In this document: positions 60,760-64,000 of the stretch, piece by piece
Layout of the letters: every line of letters begins with the position of its first letter
Position numbering within the stretch: position 1 is the first letter of the stretch
DNA from: Eledone cirrhosa
Taxonomy: Eukaryota
Direction: 5' to 3'
Length of the DNA: 64,000 nt
NCBI GenBank assembly: GCA_964016885.1
Contig: OZ024764.1
Coordinates: 25,420,001-25,484,000, forward strand
Position numbers and translations under genes: made by a program
Notes under the pieces: model-generated
What the model saw: the letters and a program-made list of their open reading frames with translations, nothing else
Databases searched by the model: none
Told to the model about the DNA's origin: nothing

Positions 60760-63700
60760 AAGACAGAAGAGAGAAGACAGAAGAGAGAAGACAGAAGAGA
60801 GAAGAGAGAGGAGAGAAGACTGAAAAGAGAAGACAGAAGACTGAAGAGAAAAGACAGAAGAGAGAAGACTGAAGAGAGAAGACAAGAGAGAAGACAGAAG
60901 AGAGAAGAGAGAAGACAGGAGAGAGAAGACAGAAGAGAGAAGAGTGAAGAGAGAAGACTGAAGAGAGAAGATAGAAGAGGGAAGAGGGAAGACTGAAGAG
61001 TGAAGACTGATGAGAGAAGACAAAAGAGAGAAGATTGAAGAGAGAAGACTGAAGAGAGAAGACAGAAAAGAGAAGACAGAAGAGAGAAGAGAGAAGACAG
61101 AAGAGAGAAGAGAGAAGTGAGAAGACAGAAGAGAGAAGACAGAAGAGAGAAGAGAGAAGTGAGAAGAAAGAAGAGAGAAGACTGAAGAGAGAAGACAGAA
61201 GAGAGAAGACGGAAAACAGATGAGAGAAGCCAGAAGAGGGAAGACTGAAGAGAGAAGACAGAAGAGGGAAGACAGAAGAGAGAAGACTGAAGAGAGAAGA
61301 CTGAAGAGAGAAGACAGAAGAGAGAAGACTGAAGAAAGAAGACAGAAGAGAGAAGACAGAAGAGAGAAGACAGGAGAGAGAAGACTGAAGAGAGAAGACA
61401 GAAGACAGAAGAGACAAGACAGAAGACAGAAGAGAGAAGACTAAAGAGAAAAGACAGAAGAGAGAAGACTGAAGAGAGAAGACAGAAGAGAGAAGAGAGA
61501 AGATTGAAGAGAGAAGACTTTAGAGAGAAAACAGAAGAGAGAAGACAGGGGAGAGAAGAGAGAAGACTGAAGAGAAAAGACAGAAGAGAGAAGGCAGAAG
61601 AGAGAATGAAGAGAAGAAGAGAGAAGACAGAAGAGAGAAAACAGAAGAGAGAAGACAGGGGATAGAAGAGAGAAGAGAGAAGACTGAAGAGAAAAGACAG
61701 AAGAGAGAAGGCAGAAGAGAGAAGAGAGAAGAGAGAAGAGAAAAGACAGAAGAGAGAAGAAAGACGACAGAAGAGAGAAGACAGAAGAGAAAAGACAGAA
61801 GAGAGAAGAGAGAAGACAGAAGACAGAAGAGAGAAGCCTGAAGAGTGGAGACTGAAGAGAGAAGACTGAAGAGAGAAGACAGAAGAGGAAAGACAGAAGA
61901 CAGAAGAGAGAATACTGAAGAGAGGAGCCACAATAGAGAAGACAGAAGAGAGAAGACTGAAGAGAGAAGACAGCAGAGAGAAGACAGAAGAGAGAAGACA
62001 GAAAAGAGAAGACAAAAGACAGAAGACTGAAGAGAGAAGACAAATGAGAGAAGATAGAAGAGAGAAGACAGGAGAAGACAGAAGAGAGAAGACAGAAGAC
62101 TGAAGAGAGAAGACAGAAGACTGAATAGAGAAGACTGAAGAGTGAAGACAGAAGAGAGAAGACAGAAGTGAGAAGACAGAAGAGGGAAGACAGAAGATAG
62201 AAGACAAAAGAGAGAAGACAGAAGACTGAAGAGAGAAGACAGATGAGAGAAGACAGAAGAGAGAAGACTGAAGAGAGAAAACAGTAGAGAGAAGAGAGAA
62301 GGCTGAGCAAAAAGACAGAAGAGAGAAAACAGAAGAGAGAAGAGTGAAGAGAGAAGAGTGAAGAGAGATGAGAGAAGACAGAAAAGAGAAGACAGAACAC
62401 AGAAGTGAGAAGACAGAAGAGAGAAGAGGTAAGACAGAAGAGAGAAGATTGAAGAGAGAAGACAGAACAGAGAAGTGAGAAGGGAGAAGACAGAATAGAG
62501 AAGACACAAGAGAGAAGACATGAGAGAGAAAAGCGAAGAGAGAAGAGAGAAGACAGAAGAGAGAAGACTGAAGAGAGAAGACAGAAGGGAGAAGACTGAA
62601 GAGAGAAGACAGAAGGGAGAAGACAGAACAGAGAAGATAGAAGACAGAAGACTGAATAGAGAAGACAGAAGAGGGAAGACAGAAGACATAAGAGAGAAGA
62701 CTGAAGAGTGAAGACAAGAGAGAAGACAGAAGAGAGAAGACTGAAGAGAGAAGACAGAAGAGAGAAGATAGAAGAGAGATGACAGTAGAGAGAAGAGAGA
62801 AGAGAGAAGACAGAAGAGAGAAGACAGAAGAGAGAAGATAGAAGAGAGAAGAATGAAGAGAGAAGACAAAAGAGAGGAGACAGAAGAGAGAAGACAGATG
62901 AGAGAAGACAGAAGAGAGAAGACTGATGAGAGAAGACAGAAGACAGAAGACTGAAGAGAGAAGACAGAAGACTGAATAGAGAAGACAGAGGAGAGAAGAC
63001 AGAAAAGAGAAGACTGAAGAGAGAAGACAGAAGAGAGAAGACAGAAGAGAGAAGAGAGAAGACAGAAGAGAGAAGACAGAAGACAAAAGAGAGAAGACAG
63101 AAGAGAGAAGACTGAAGAGAGAAGACAGAAGAGAGAAGACTGAAGAGAGAAGACTGAAGGGAGAAGACTGATGAGCGAAGACTGAAGTGAGAAGACTGAT
63201 GAGCGAAGACTGAAGAGAGAAGACTGAAGAGAGAAGACAGAAGAGAGAAGACAGAAGAGAGAAGACAGAAGAGAGAAGACAGAAGAGAGAAGAGAGAAGA
63301 CAGAAGAGAGAAGACAGAAGACAAAAGAGAGAAGACAGAAGAGAGAAGACAGAAGAGAGAAGACAGAAAAGAGAAGACTGAAGAGAGAAGACTGAAGAGA
63401 GAAGACTGAAGAGAGAAGACAGAAAAGAGAAGACAGAAGAGAGAAGACTGAAGAGAGAAGACAGAAGAGAGAAGACAGAAGAGAGAAGACAGAAGAGAGA
63501 AGACAGAAGAGAGAAGACTGAAGAGAGAAGACTGAAGAGAGAAGATAGAAGAGAGAAGACAGAAGACAAAAGAGAGAAGACTGAAGAGAGAAGACAGAAG
63601 AGAGAAGACAGAAGAGAGAAGACTGAAGAGAGAAGACTGAAGGGAGAAGACTGATGAGCGAAGACTGAAGAGAGAAGACTGAAGAGAGAAGACAGAAGAG

Positions 63701-64000
63701 AGAAGACAGAAGAGAGAAGAGAGAAGACAGAAGACAGAAGAGAGAAGATAGAAGAGAGAAGACTGAAGAGAGAAGACTGAAGAGAGAAGACAGAAGAGAG
63801 AAGACAGAAGAGAGAAGACAGAAGAGAGAAGACTGAAGAGAGAAGACTGAAGGGAGAAGACTGATGAGCGAAGACTGAAGAGAGAAGACTGAAGAGAGAA
63901 GACAGAAGAGAGAAGACAGAAGAGAGAAGAGAGAAGACAGAAGACAGAAGAGAGAAGATAGAAGAGAGAAGACTGAAGAGAGAAGACTGAAGAGAGAAGA
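60760..64000. repeat. Purine-rich 7-bp-based satellite (AGAAGAG/AGAAGAC/TGAAGAG), runs off the window
   Basis: More than 3.2 kb of gaagagagaagaca variants. Confidence 0.97.

Noticed and set aside
60396-63569. 1057-aa Leu/Ser/Phe ORF (and overlapping 627- and 449-aa ORFs)
   Set aside because: Translation of the 7-bp satellite. Only the final ~72 codons (60404-60619) are a plausible exon.

Overview
This is a repeat-dense, AT-rich eukaryotic window. Its repeat families resemble those of octopod cephalopods, which is an inference and not an identification. The whole 64 kb appears to lie inside one minus-strand, multi-exon gene that the ORF track misses. Seven GT-AG exons with mutually consistent phases (1590 nt, 530 codons) encode the C-terminal half of a PKDCC/VLK-type secreted kinase, fused to a second FAM20C/Four-jointed/FAM198-like domain that is probably a pseudokinase. 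The introns hold two near-identical Tx1-clade non-LTR retrotransposons. Both sit at the same nucleotide of a 72-bp tandem repeat, and that repeat is an internal amplification inside a TTAA-flanked MITE. An unamplified, empty MITE is also present, so the arrangement parallels the Xenopus Tx1L/Tx1D composite. Other content: many RTE LINE copies (one with a ~1000-codon open ORF), a pogo/Tigger transposon, Penelope-type minimal hammerhead ribozyme motifs in inverted repeats, tRNA-derived SINEs (one has given rise to a 7.4-kb 40-bp satellite), a probable non-autonomous Helitron, and 33-, 39-, ~119-, 29- and 7-bp tandem arrays. All homology calls come from motif recognition by eye, not from database searches.
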